The translations under genes and the position numbers were made by a program. From Hydrogenophaga sp. (GTDB lineage Bacteria > Pseudomonadota > Gammaproteobacteria > Burkholderiales > Burkholderiaceae_C), in contig DAISXI010000001.1 in assembly GCA_036825935.1 (NCBI GenBank), positions 4,018 to 68,017 of the forward strand: a stretch of 64,000 nt of DNA. Direction: 5' to 3'. The notes below the pieces were generated by a model. That model saw nothing but the letters and a program-made list of their open reading frames with translations, made no database searches and was not told the DNA's origin. The stretch's first letter is position 1, and each line of letters starts with the position of its first letter. Below, in pieces: positions 8,583-16,749 of the stretch.

Positions 8583-9794
8583 TCAAGGCTTGTCGTCTAG
8601 GCTGGATTGTAATGAAGCCACGCCCCGCGACCAATGGTTTTTCGGCACGCCGGGGGTTTGTGCGAAGGCGTTGGCCTGTTCCAAACTGGTGAAAGGCCCA
8701 GAGACCAGCGCCCAATAGCGCTGGCCATTGGGACGCAGCAAGGGCACGGCTTGGGCCTGTTTCAAAGCGGGGTACTGGGCTTGCCAAGTTTGGGTCTCCC
8801 TCAAAGAGTCCAAGGCCACGTGTTGTACCACCCAAGCACCGGTTTTGAGCTGACGGGCCCATTTAACACTGGCTGATGAGGCTTCAGAAACTTTAGGCGC
8901 CGGGCTCGGAACCGGTGGCAAGTCCACAGCGGGTGCTGGCACAGCGATGGGCGGCGCCACGACCGCAGGCTCGGCGGTCGGAGCCGCTAAGGGGGCGGCG
9001 GGCGACGATGTGATCGCACCTTGATCGGTGTTGCTGGCTGGGGCTTCGGCCACCGGTTCGACGGGCAACTGGCTGTTTTGCCACTGGTGCAAGCCCAAGA
9101 CGGCCACGCTGACCATGACAAAAATACCCAAGAGGAGCTGAACCACCCAACGTTGGCCCTTACCCGCGCGAGAGCTGGTCGGGTTTTGCTTGGAGAACGA
9201 GAAGTCCACAGCAGGGTCCGCAGCCGCCTCGTCCATCCAGTGAGGTGCTGCTGTGGCCGCAGCAGCCAAGGGTTTGGCACTTGTTGGGCCAGCGGGCACC
9301 ACGGCTTTGCGCGTCACAGGGGCGTGCCAGACCAGGAGTTTTTTGGTCTGGCCATGGTGTATCAGGTCGTCAGCGCACAGGTTGTTGGCCAACAACAAAA
9401 GCTTGACGCCGGCGGCGGGGAAGTCGCCGCTCAAACGGATCAACAATTTGGCCTGTTCCAACTCTTGGCTGTTGTGGATGTGTTGAAGCCAAACCTGTTG
9501 GGTGGGCGGCGCACCGACCGATTGAAGGGCTTGATCCACCGAGAGGGTTTCAATCAGTCGGTTGAAGCGTTGGAGCAAAACCTCGCGGTCCATGTCAAAC
9601 ATGGCCGAGACTTCCACGGCATGGTTTTGGCGCAGTTTTCGGACCACGCTTTGTCCGCAGGTATCCAGCAAAGCCTCGTCGTCGGACACCATGAGCACGG
9701 AGCGGCCCTCATGCGCGAGCGCATGAAACAAGCCCTCCAAAGGAGGCAGCTTGCCCGTCTCGGCGCTCGTCGGCTTGCTCCAATCGGTTTCCAT
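8583..9794 (-). CDS. SPOR-domain membrane protein (DamX-like) with N-terminal degenerate ATPase-like region
   Basis: One TM (LLLGIFVMVSVAVLGL), Pro/Ala linker, C-terminal WVVQ...YWALVSGPFTSLEQANAFAQ. Confidence 0.7.
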   Translation of the reverse strand: METDWSKPTSAETGKLPPLEGLFHALAHEGRSVLMVSDDEALLDTCGQSVVRKLRQNHAVEVSAMFDMDREVLLQRFNRLIETLSVDQALQSVGAPPTQQVWLQHIHNSQELEQAKLLIRLSGDFPAAGVKLLLLANNLCADDLIHHGQTKKLLVWHAPVTRKAVVPAGPTSAKPLAAAATAAPHWMDEAAADPAVDFSFSKQNPTSSRAGKGQRWVVQLLLGIFVMVSVAVLGLHQWQNSQLPVEPVAEAPASNTDQGAITSSPAAPLAAPTAEPAVVAPPIAVPAPAVDLPPVPSPAPKVSEASSASVKWARQLKTGAWVVQHVALDSLRETQTWQAQYPALKQAQAVPLLRPNGQRYWALVSGPFTSLEQANAFAQTPGVPKNHWSRGVASLQSSLDDKP

Positions 9795-9839
9795 CAATTC
9801 ATTTCCTGTGTGTCAAACGGTCGTCAGAGCCAAAAATCA

Positions 9840-9855
9840 AGCAAAATGTGGACCA
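9840..9855 (-). promoter_or_regulatory. Candidate sigma54 promoter of the SPOR gene
   Basis: Minus strand TGGTCCACATTTTGCT (GG-N10-GC, TTGCT) 46 nt upstream of the start. Confidence 0.55.
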
Positions 9856-9986
9856 TTGCGAAGTGGCACCCACACCATATTCGCCATTTTGTCGTCAGTT
9901 CGGTCTGCCTGATTCAAATAAATCATAAAGTATCATCTTGCTGTGAACGCCCTCTTCGCAAACCTTCAATTCGTACGACGCACAGT

Positions 9987-11198
9987 ATGACACTCACGCC
10001 GCACCCGTTGATTGGTCAAAGCCAAGCCATGCGCGTCACTCGGGCGTTGATCAAAACGCTGGCGCCATCGTTGTCCAGCGTGCTCATCCAAGGTGAAAGC
10101 GGCACCGGCAAAGAACTCATCGCCCAGGCCCTTCATGCCCAAGGCCCGCGCCGATCTGGGCCATTTGTGCCCATCAACTGTGGCGCCATCCCTCGTGAAC
10201 TCTTGGAAAGCGAGCTCTTTGGTCACCGAAAAGGCGCTTTCACGGGTGCTGTGGGCGATCGCATGGGCCGCTTTGAAATGGCCAACGGCGGCACGATTTT
10301 CTTGGACGAAATTGGCGACCTGCCTTTGGACATGCAAGTCAAACTCTTGCGGGTGCTGCAAGAGCGACAAATCGAGCCCTTGGGCGCCAACAAGTCTGTC
10401 GCCATTGATGTCCGTGTCATCGCCGCGACCCACAAAGACTTGGAAAAAGACATCGCTGAACAGAAGTTCCGCGAAGACTTGTACTACCGACTCAATGTCT
10501 TGCCGGTGCGAACCGCAGCCTTGCGTGAGCGCCCCGAAGACATCACCGAATTGATGTCTTTCTTTTTGATCAAATTCACCCCGCCGGGCATGAAGCCTCT
10601 CGTGTGCGCCGACAACTTGGCCGAGGCCCTCAAGCGCTACCCATGGCCAGGCAATATCCGTGAACTGTCCAACATCGCAGACCGGTTTTCGGCGCTGTAC
10701 GCAGGTCAAACCTTGGACCTGTTTGCCATCCCAGAATGGTTGCTGCCCAAGGGTTTGGCCGCGATTCGGGCCGAGATGCCAGCGCCGCCACCGCCCAACG
10801 ACCTGCCCATGAAAAGCCAAGCCGCCGCCATTTCGGGCGACGACGCCATGCAAGCCTTGCTCGACCCGCCCGATGCCGTGACCTTGAGGCCCGCACCCGC
10901 CCCGATGGTACACGTGGCGGCCAACGACGCCATCGACCCCGCGCTGGCCATTTTGGGTGCTGTTGGTGTGGACGAGGGCAACCCCGTGGAAGACGTGATC
11001 CGCTTGGCCATGGGCATGGACCCGCTCTTGCCCGATGGCATTTCCCTGCGCGACAAGCTCATCGACATCGAACGCAGCTACATCGAACAAGCGCTTCAAC
11101 GCACCGATTGGAACGTGTCGCAAACCGCTCGCATTTTGAGTTTGCAGCGCACCACACTGATCGAAAAGATCAACAAATACGGTTTCAAACGCGCTTGA
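9987..11198 (+). CDS. fleQ: sigma54-dependent flagellar activator FleQ/FlrA-like, lacking N-terminal sensor domain
   Basis: GESGTGKE, ESELFGHRKGAFTGA, FLDEIGD, WPGNIREL, Fis HTH (VSQTARILSLQRTTLIEKINKY). Confidence 0.85.
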   Translation: MTLTPHPLIGQSQAMRVTRALIKTLAPSLSSVLIQGESGTGKELIAQALHAQGPRRSGPFVPINCGAIPRELLESELFGHRKGAFTGAVGDRMGRFEMANGGTIFLDEIGDLPLDMQVKLLRVLQERQIEPLGANKSVAIDVRVIAATHKDLEKDIAEQKFREDLYYRLNVLPVRTAALRERPEDITELMSFFLIKFTPPGMKPLVCADNLAEALKRYPWPGNIRELSNIADRFSALYAGQTLDLFAIPEWLLPKGLAAIRAEMPAPPPPNDLPMKSQAAAISGDDAMQALLDPPDAVTLRPAPAPMVHVAANDAIDPALAILGAVGVDEGNPVEDVIRLAMGMDPLLPDGISLRDKLIDIERSYIEQALQRTDWNVSQTARILSLQRTTLIEKINKYGFKRA

Positions 11199-11230
11199 TG
11201 CGCCCTCGCCAAGTGCTCGCGATCACCGCT

Positions 11231-11764
11231 TCACTTGTCCAGCACCAGCCAAAAAGGGCGTTGGTTCAACACCGATTCCCTGCAGTAGCTGTTGCCACTG
11301 AAGCTGTAGTAAGCACAAGCCAATTGAGGTCCGTGTCGGCTGAGGTCAGCGGCCCAATACTGCTCGACTTTGGCGCTGGGAAAGACCTGGGTGTTCAAGG
11401 CTGGGTTCGTGCAAGCCGACTCCTTCAAACTGCCCATTTCTTTGAGTGTCGGCAGACGCCACGCTTTGCCAGACGACTCGGCGAAATCGGTCACATAAGC
11501 CAACGCATCGGCTTTGCTCATCAGCTGGGCGTCTCCCATGCACTGACCGTCTTGAAAACGTTCGCCAGCGTTGCAGCGAAACCATCGCAAACCGGTCTTG
11601 GGGTCGGCGGCCAGTCCTTGGCCGTCGACTTGCCAGCGGCCCAGATCACCGGCAGCAAAGTGATCACTGCATCGCACTTGTTCGGTGTAACGTTCACAAG
11701 CGCTCAGCATGAACAAACCAAGCAGAACAACCAAAGCAGCAAACCATCGATTCAAAGCATTCAC
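11231..11764 (-). CDS. DUF1566 (Lcl C-terminal) lipoprotein
   Basis: GTG start with GGAG RBS; lipobox LSAC; DPKTGLRWFRC..G, WRLPTLKEM, FP..YW. Confidence 0.8.
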   Translation of the reverse strand: MNALNRWFAALVVLLGLFMLSACERYTEQVRCSDHFAAGDLGRWQVDGQGLAADPKTGLRWFRCNAGERFQDGQCMGDAQLMSKADALAYVTDFAESSGKAWRLPTLKEMGSLKESACTNPALNTQVFPSAKVEQYWAADLSRHGPQLACAYYSFSGNSYCRESVLNQRPFWLVLDK

Positions 11765-11817
11765 GCGGGCATCTCCATGGGGTGTTCTACAGAATCGGCG
11801 CCAAGTGTCGATTATCA

Positions 11818-11833
11818 AGGCACAGATATTGCT
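11818..11833 (+). promoter_or_regulatory. sigma54 promoter of the stator operon
   Basis: AGGCACAGATATTGCT (GGCAC-N5-TTGCT) about 97 nt upstream of motA. Confidence 0.85.
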
Positions 11834-11929
11834 TTTATGACACAAATGGCAACACATGGCCACCCGGTCGTCGTTTTGCTGAAAAATCAGGCATTGTAGA
11901 GTTCCAACCCCTTCTTCAGGATATGTGAC

Positions 11930-12688
11930 ATGGACATCGCAACCATCATCGGCTTTGCCGCCACCTTCGGTCTGATCATCATGGCCATGGGCGACCCCGC
12001 CCCCTTCATCGACATGCCCTCGGTGTACATCGTGGTGCTGGGGACACTGACCGCCGTGTTGGCGCGAAGCACCATTCCCGAATTTGTGGGGTGTGTGGGT
12101 GTGGCACTCAAAACCGTCAAATTCAAATTGGACAAACCAGAGACGCTGATTGAGCAATTGGTCAACTTGGGCACGATCGCCCGCAAGGACGGGATGATCG
12201 CCTTGGAAGGCCAAGACATCCCGAACGCTTTCTTGGCCAAAGGCATTCGCATGTTGGTGGACGGCACCGAAGGCAAGATGGTCCAGTCGTCCATGGAGCG
12301 TGAAATGGCCATGATCAAGAACCGCAACGCCGAAGGCATGGGTTTTATTGCATCAGCCCAAGAAATTGCACCGGCCATGGGCATGATCGGCACCTTGGTG
12401 GGCTTGGTGATCATGTTGGGCAACATGAGCGACCCCAAGTCGATCGGCCCTGCGATGGCGGTGGCTTTGCTCACCACCATGTATGGCGCCATCATTGCCA
12501 ACGTGATCTGCATCCCACTGAACCAAAAACTCGCCAAACTGGATCAGGCTGAAGCCTTGAACCATGAATTGATCATCGAAGGCGTGATGTTCATCCAAAG
12601 CGGCGGCAACCCCCGCATGCTGACCGATCTGTTGATGCCTTTTGTGAGCCCCAAAGCCCGCGCCAAGCTTGAAGCTGCAGCAGGTTGA
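11930..12688 (+). CDS. motA: Flagellar stator A subunit, PomA-like
   Basis: 252 aa; ARKDGMIALE; APAMGMIGTLVGL...DPKSIGPAMAVALLTTMYG. Confidence 0.95.
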   Translation: MDIATIIGFAATFGLIIMAMGDPAPFIDMPSVYIVVLGTLTAVLARSTIPEFVGCVGVALKTVKFKLDKPETLIEQLVNLGTIARKDGMIALEGQDIPNAFLAKGIRMLVDGTEGKMVQSSMEREMAMIKNRNAEGMGFIASAQEIAPAMGMIGTLVGLVIMLGNMSDPKSIGPAMAVALLTTMYGAIIANVICIPLNQKLAKLDQAEALNHELIIEGVMFIQSGGNPRMLTDLLMPFVSPKARAKLEAAAG

Positions 12689-12711
12689 TCGACTAAGCAG
12701 ACCAAATCACC

Positions 12712-14079
12712 ATGGCTGACGAAACCCAAAAACCCGAAAACGCAAGCGCAGCCCCTGCAGAAGCAGAGGCCAAGCCTGCGGTACCTGAGCCAGCGCCAGA
12801 AGAAGCAGAGCCCGTAGCGGCGGCAGAAGCCGAACACGAATGTCCGAAGTGTGAGGAATGTCCGCCTTGCGTCAAAGGCGCACCGGCGTGGATGGCCACC
12901 TTCGCCGACATGGCCACCTTGCTGATGGCTTTTTTCGTGTTGTTGCTGTCGTTCGCCGAAATGAACGTGCCCAAGTTCAAGCAAATCAACGGTTCCCTGA
13001 AAAACTCCTTTGGTGTGCAACGACTCATCCCAGTGGTCGAGTCGCCCAAAGCCACCAGCTTGATCGCCAAGCATTTCTCCCCGGCCGTGGCCGAACCCAC
13101 CCCCGTCAACACGATCCGCCAACAAACCACCGACGACCGCAAAGAAAACGTCGTGCTCAAAACCGACGTCTCCCCTGCCACGGCCGAGGCCTTGGAAAAA
13201 GCCAAACAACAATTGGCTCAAGAGATCAACCGCGGCGAGGTTCAGGTCAAGGCGGAGAACGACAAGGTCGTCGTTGAGATGGTCGCGCCGCTGACAGGTG
13301 GCGCCACCGGGACCGACGGCCAACAAAAAGGTGGCAACAGCAGCAGCGGGAGCCAGCAAGGCGGCAGCAGCGCCAGTGGGGCTCAACAAGCCGGCGGTGG
13401 CGCCAGTGGTTCGCAGCAAGCCGGCGCCAGCAAAGCCGGTGCCGCCTCGGGCGGATCGGCCAGCAGCGGCGCCAAGCAAGCCGGCACCGTGCCCCAAGGC
13501 GAAATCGAATTCTTTGCCAAAGTGGCCGACCTGCAAGCGTCATCCCAAGCGCCCGTTGAAGTGCGCGACAACCGCACGGGCGGTGCCAGCGGCAAGGGCA
13601 ACAGCGGCAGTGCCGGTGGCCCAGCCAATGCGGACGCCGAACTGCAACGTATCCGCGAGGCCTTGGCCAAGGAGATCGAATCCGGCAAAGCCGAGGTGGA
13701 ACGCGACGGCGCGCGCGTGATCATCCGCTTGGCCGAACAAGGTTCGTTCCGCTCGGGCAGTGCCGACTTGCAACCTGCTTTCACCCAACTGTTGGACCAA
13801 GTGGGCAAAACCATCTCGCAGAGCAACGGCCGAATCTACATCGAAGGTCACACCGACAACGTGCCGGTGGTGTTCAACGAACGCTTCAAGTCCAACTGGG
13901 ATTTGTCGGGCGCGCGAGCTGGTGCAGTGGCTGACCGCATCTCGGGCGTCTCGGGCATTGCACCCGGTCGCATGAGTGTGTCGGGTTACGCCGACACCCG
14001 TCCCTTGGACAACAACAGCACCGCCGCGGGGCGCGGACGCAACCGCCGCATTGAAATCATCGTGGACGGCGCAAGCTGA
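12712..14079 (+). CDS. motB: Flagellar stator B subunit, PomB-like, with long insertion
   Basis: WMATFADMATLLMAFFVLLLSFAEM; OmpA-like IEGHTDN...SNWDLSGARA...NRRIEI. Confidence 0.95.
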   Translation: MADETQKPENASAAPAEAEAKPAVPEPAPEEAEPVAAAEAEHECPKCEECPPCVKGAPAWMATFADMATLLMAFFVLLLSFAEMNVPKFKQINGSLKNSFGVQRLIPVVESPKATSLIAKHFSPAVAEPTPVNTIRQQTTDDRKENVVLKTDVSPATAEALEKAKQQLAQEINRGEVQVKAENDKVVVEMVAPLTGGATGTDGQQKGGNSSSGSQQGGSSASGAQQAGGGASGSQQAGASKAGAASGGSASSGAKQAGTVPQGEIEFFAKVADLQASSQAPVEVRDNRTGGASGKGNSGSAGGPANADAELQRIREALAKEIESGKAEVERDGARVIIRLAEQGSFRSGSADLQPAFTQLLDQVGKTISQSNGRIYIEGHTDNVPVVFNERFKSNWDLSGARAGAVADRISGVSGIAPGRMSVSGYADTRPLDNNSTAAGRGRNRRIEIIVDGAS

Positions 14080-14095
14080 TCTGCTAGCCCGGGAG

Positions 14096-15091
14096 TTACT
14101 GGGCGGGCGCGTTGGCCCCTGGCACAGCGGTGGGTGATGTGGCCGGAGCGGGGCGGGGAAACTGCACCGGTGGAGGCCGCTTGGCCTCTTGTGCCGCCGC
14201 CGTTTGCTTTTGCAATTGCTCCAAATAACGCTCTCGCTGGAGGGTCACCAAAGCTTGAACGTCGCGCTTGAGCACGTTGACATCGCCCACGGTGGATTGC
14301 AAGGCTTTGACGTCCTTGGACAAGGCTTGCACCGCACCTGCTTGGTTCTTGAGCTGCGTGCCCAAGCCTTCGACTTGCTTGGTCACACCGCTGGTGGAAG
14401 CGGCCATCTGCTTGGCCAAAGCCTCGGGGACTTTTTGTACCGACTCGGTCGATGCTGCCAAAGTGGAGGCGATGCGCTGCTCCAATTCGTTTTGAGATTT
14501 GGCCAATTGCTCTTGCTGGAGCGTCAACTCGGCGATCTTCTCACCCATGAGGCCCAAACTCTCCAAGCTGGTGTTGAGCTCAACGGCGCGCTTGCCCACC
14601 GTCATGACGGTGGCATCCAACTGGTTGACCTTGCTGATCAAACGCACGCCCATGGCCGCAAAAAAACCGATCGAGACGACCATCAGCACGGCGGTGGAGG
14701 CCAACACAATGGTGGAGGTTTTGCCCATGCCTTGCGAGAGCTTGGTCAAGCGGACCGTCGAGTGGTTGAACTTTTGCCCCGCTTCATTGGCGGCCTTGGC
14801 GGCCTGACTGGCCACATCGGCGGCATCCAGAACAGACGATGACAAGGTGACGAACTGCTGACTCAACAAGGCCTTGGTGGCCTCGTCCACCTCGACCGTG
14901 ATCGCCTGAGGTGCAGGGGCTGCGGGTGCAGGCGTTGCAACGTCGGGCGCCGACGTTGCCATGACCAAATCGCTGGGGGCAAATGCAGGGGCTTCGCTGC
15001 TCACCTCGGTGGGCGAGGCATCCTGCGCCTGCTCGATGGGTGCATCGGGCGTTGCGGGTGTGTTGTCGGCGTTCGTGACGGTGTCGTTCAT
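14096..15091 (-). CDS. Hypothetical single-TM coiled-coil protein
   Basis: TM IVLASTAVLMVVSIGFFAAMGV then long heptad region; ATGA overlap with upstream ORF. Confidence 0.8.
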   Translation of the reverse strand: MNDTVTNADNTPATPDAPIEQAQDASPTEVSSEAPAFAPSDLVMATSAPDVATPAPAAPAPQAITVEVDEATKALLSQQFVTLSSSVLDAADVASQAAKAANEAGQKFNHSTVRLTKLSQGMGKTSTIVLASTAVLMVVSIGFFAAMGVRLISKVNQLDATVMTVGKRAVELNTSLESLGLMGEKIAELTLQQEQLAKSQNELEQRIASTLAASTESVQKVPEALAKQMAASTSGVTKQVEGLGTQLKNQAGAVQALSKDVKALQSTVGDVNVLKRDVQALVTLQRERYLEQLQKQTAAAQEAKRPPPVQFPRPAPATSPTAVPGANAPAQ

Positions 15092-15465
15092 TTCAAGGTT
15101 CCTGTGGTGCGGCGCACGGCGTCCGTGTTGCGACGCAAGGCCGCGGTCGTGGCGCGCAACTGCGCCAAGCGCCCTTCCAAACCACTGTCGAGTGGCGTGT
15201 TGTGGGACACGGGTGATGCTTTAGGAGTCGGCACCGCCTCGACATTCTTGAGTGCCGGGTTCGGCGTTATCTTGGGCATCAGGGGCATCCTGACGGTGGT
15301 GCCCACCGGGTCGGACAGGTTCAAGCTGGGCAAATCCAAACTGGCCCACAGTTTTGGTTCGGCCACGCGCACCGGCAGCCGGGGATCAGGGCCTGACGGC
15401 TCTGAGGCGGGGGCCAAGGTGTTGTGTGTGTGCAGTTGATCGGTGACAAAAGGGGACGTGCTCAT
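15088..15465 (-). CDS. Hypothetical protein (Pro-rich, C-terminal helix)
   Basis: Start/stop overlaps with both neighbours (TGATG, ATGA). Confidence 0.55.
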   Translation of the reverse strand: MSTSPFVTDQLHTHNTLAPASEPSGPDPRLPVRVAEPKLWASLDLPSLNLSDPVGTTVRMPLMPKITPNPALKNVEAVPTPKASPVSHNTPLDSGLEGRLAQLRATTAALRRNTDAVRRTTGTLK

Positions 15466-16271
15466 CAGTGGTGCTCCTCGTGGACATGTTCGTGTCGGTG
15501 CCGTTGTAAGGTGTCGCTGAACGCCGAGGCCAGAATACCGGTGGGCATCGCAATGACACCAATACCCGCCACCGCGGTCATGCCCGCACAGATGCGGCCA
15601 ATGACGGTGATGGGATAAGCATCACCATAGCCCACGGTGGTCAAGGTCACGATGGCCCACCACATGGTGCGCGGAATGCTGCCAAAGGCCTCGGGCTGTG
15701 TGCCACCCTCGACCACATACAACACGGTCGACGAGACCAACAGCAAAAAACCCGTCAGCATCACACTCATGCCCAATTCGTAGCGGCGTGAACTGACCGC
15801 TTCGGTGAGCAACTGCAAGGAGCTGGAAAAACGCCCGAGTCGCGCCAAGCGCAAGATGCGCAACATGCGGAACAAGCGAAAGATGTAAGCCTCTGTGCCG
15901 ATAAAGGTCAGCAACATGGGGGACAAAGCCAACAAATCGATGAGGGCCGTCGGGCTGCGCAAATAGCGAAAACGCCCTCGCCAGCCGTCGCGGTAAGCGT
16001 GAGACTCCACGCAAACCCAAGCGCGCACCAAGTACTCAACGATGAAGACCACCCCCAAACATTTTTCCACCCAGGCCATCCAGACGCCCCAGCGCTGGTT
16101 GATGAGGGGTTCGCTGTCCAAAATGGCGATGACCACCGACAACACGATGGCGGTGGTCAAAAAACGGTTGATTGGCGAGAGTCCGCTCGAGCCCCATGCC
16201 GATGGGTCCAAGTGCACGAAGAATCGGTGTCGCCAATCCTTGATGAGCAATGGAGCATGGCTTGGGCTCAT
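15465..16271 (-). CDS. Voltage-gated potassium channel (6TM Ion_trans)
   Basis: S4 FRLFRMLRILRLARLGR; filter WWAIVTLTTVGYGD. Confidence 0.93.
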   Translation of the reverse strand: MSPSHAPLLIKDWRHRFFVHLDPSAWGSSGLSPINRFLTTAIVLSVVIAILDSEPLINQRWGVWMAWVEKCLGVVFIVEYLVRAWVCVESHAYRDGWRGRFRYLRSPTALIDLLALSPMLLTFIGTEAYIFRLFRMLRILRLARLGRFSSSLQLLTEAVSSRRYELGMSVMLTGFLLLVSSTVLYVVEGGTQPEAFGSIPRTMWWAIVTLTTVGYGDAYPITVIGRICAGMTAVAGIGVIAMPTGILASAFSDTLQRHRHEHVHEEHH

Positions 16272-16684
16272 TTATTGGTTTTGAATTGTTCGCGCATGGC
16301 GTCGATGGTGCGATCCACGTTGCTGCACTGGGCTGTGAGGGTCATGTCTTCTTGGACCTTGACGGGGGGCGATGCAAAACCAAAGGCCGGATATTTGGGG
16401 TTGCTTTTCAAAAACACGCGCTCGTGGCTCATGGTATTGAGCACCGCCACCCCGTTGGCAAACTCAACCTGCCGGCCGTCGGTCGAAGTGGCCAAGAAAG
16501 CATCGTCAATCAATCCACACTGGTTGTTCAAGCGGATCACGCTGGTGATGGGCTTGGGCGTGTTGTCTCTCCATTGCATGAAAGCGAACCCCATGGCCAC
16601 CGCCAAAACAATGAAACCCAACAAAGAGACCAATATCAGGTTCCAATTGGTTTCATCTTCGATTTTGAATTTCTTTTTTAGCAT
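16268..16684 (-). CDS. Hypothetical bitopic membrane protein
   Basis: GGGAG RBS; N-terminal TM; small periplasmic domain with two Cys; ATGA overlap with channel gene. Confidence 0.75.
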   Translation of the reverse strand: MLKKKFKIEDETNWNLILVSLLGFIVLAVAMGFAFMQWRDNTPKPITSVIRLNNQCGLIDDAFLATSTDGRQVEFANGVAVLNTMSHERVFLKSNPKYPAFGFASPPVKVQEDMTLTAQCSNVDRTIDAMREQFKTNK

Positions 16685-16749
16685 TTTTACTCCCAAACCT
16701 CAATAAAACATGACTTTGCATTTTAGAGAGTTGTTGTCTCAGTTTGGTT

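Noticed and set aside
9021..9986. N-terminal 322 aa of the 725-aa ORF as a FleQ sensor domain
   Set aside because: It is the antisense shadow of the SPOR gene plus intergenic DNA; the recognisable protein begins at ATG 9987
11765..12214. N-terminal extension of the DUF1566 ORF
   Set aside because: Antisense to motA; a GGAG RBS + GTG at 11764 gives a proper lipoprotein signal
13297..13490. Short repeats considered as a CRISPR or other non-coding array
   Set aside because: In-frame degenerate Gly/Ser/Gln coding repeats in motB; no constant repeat with unique spacers and no cas genes
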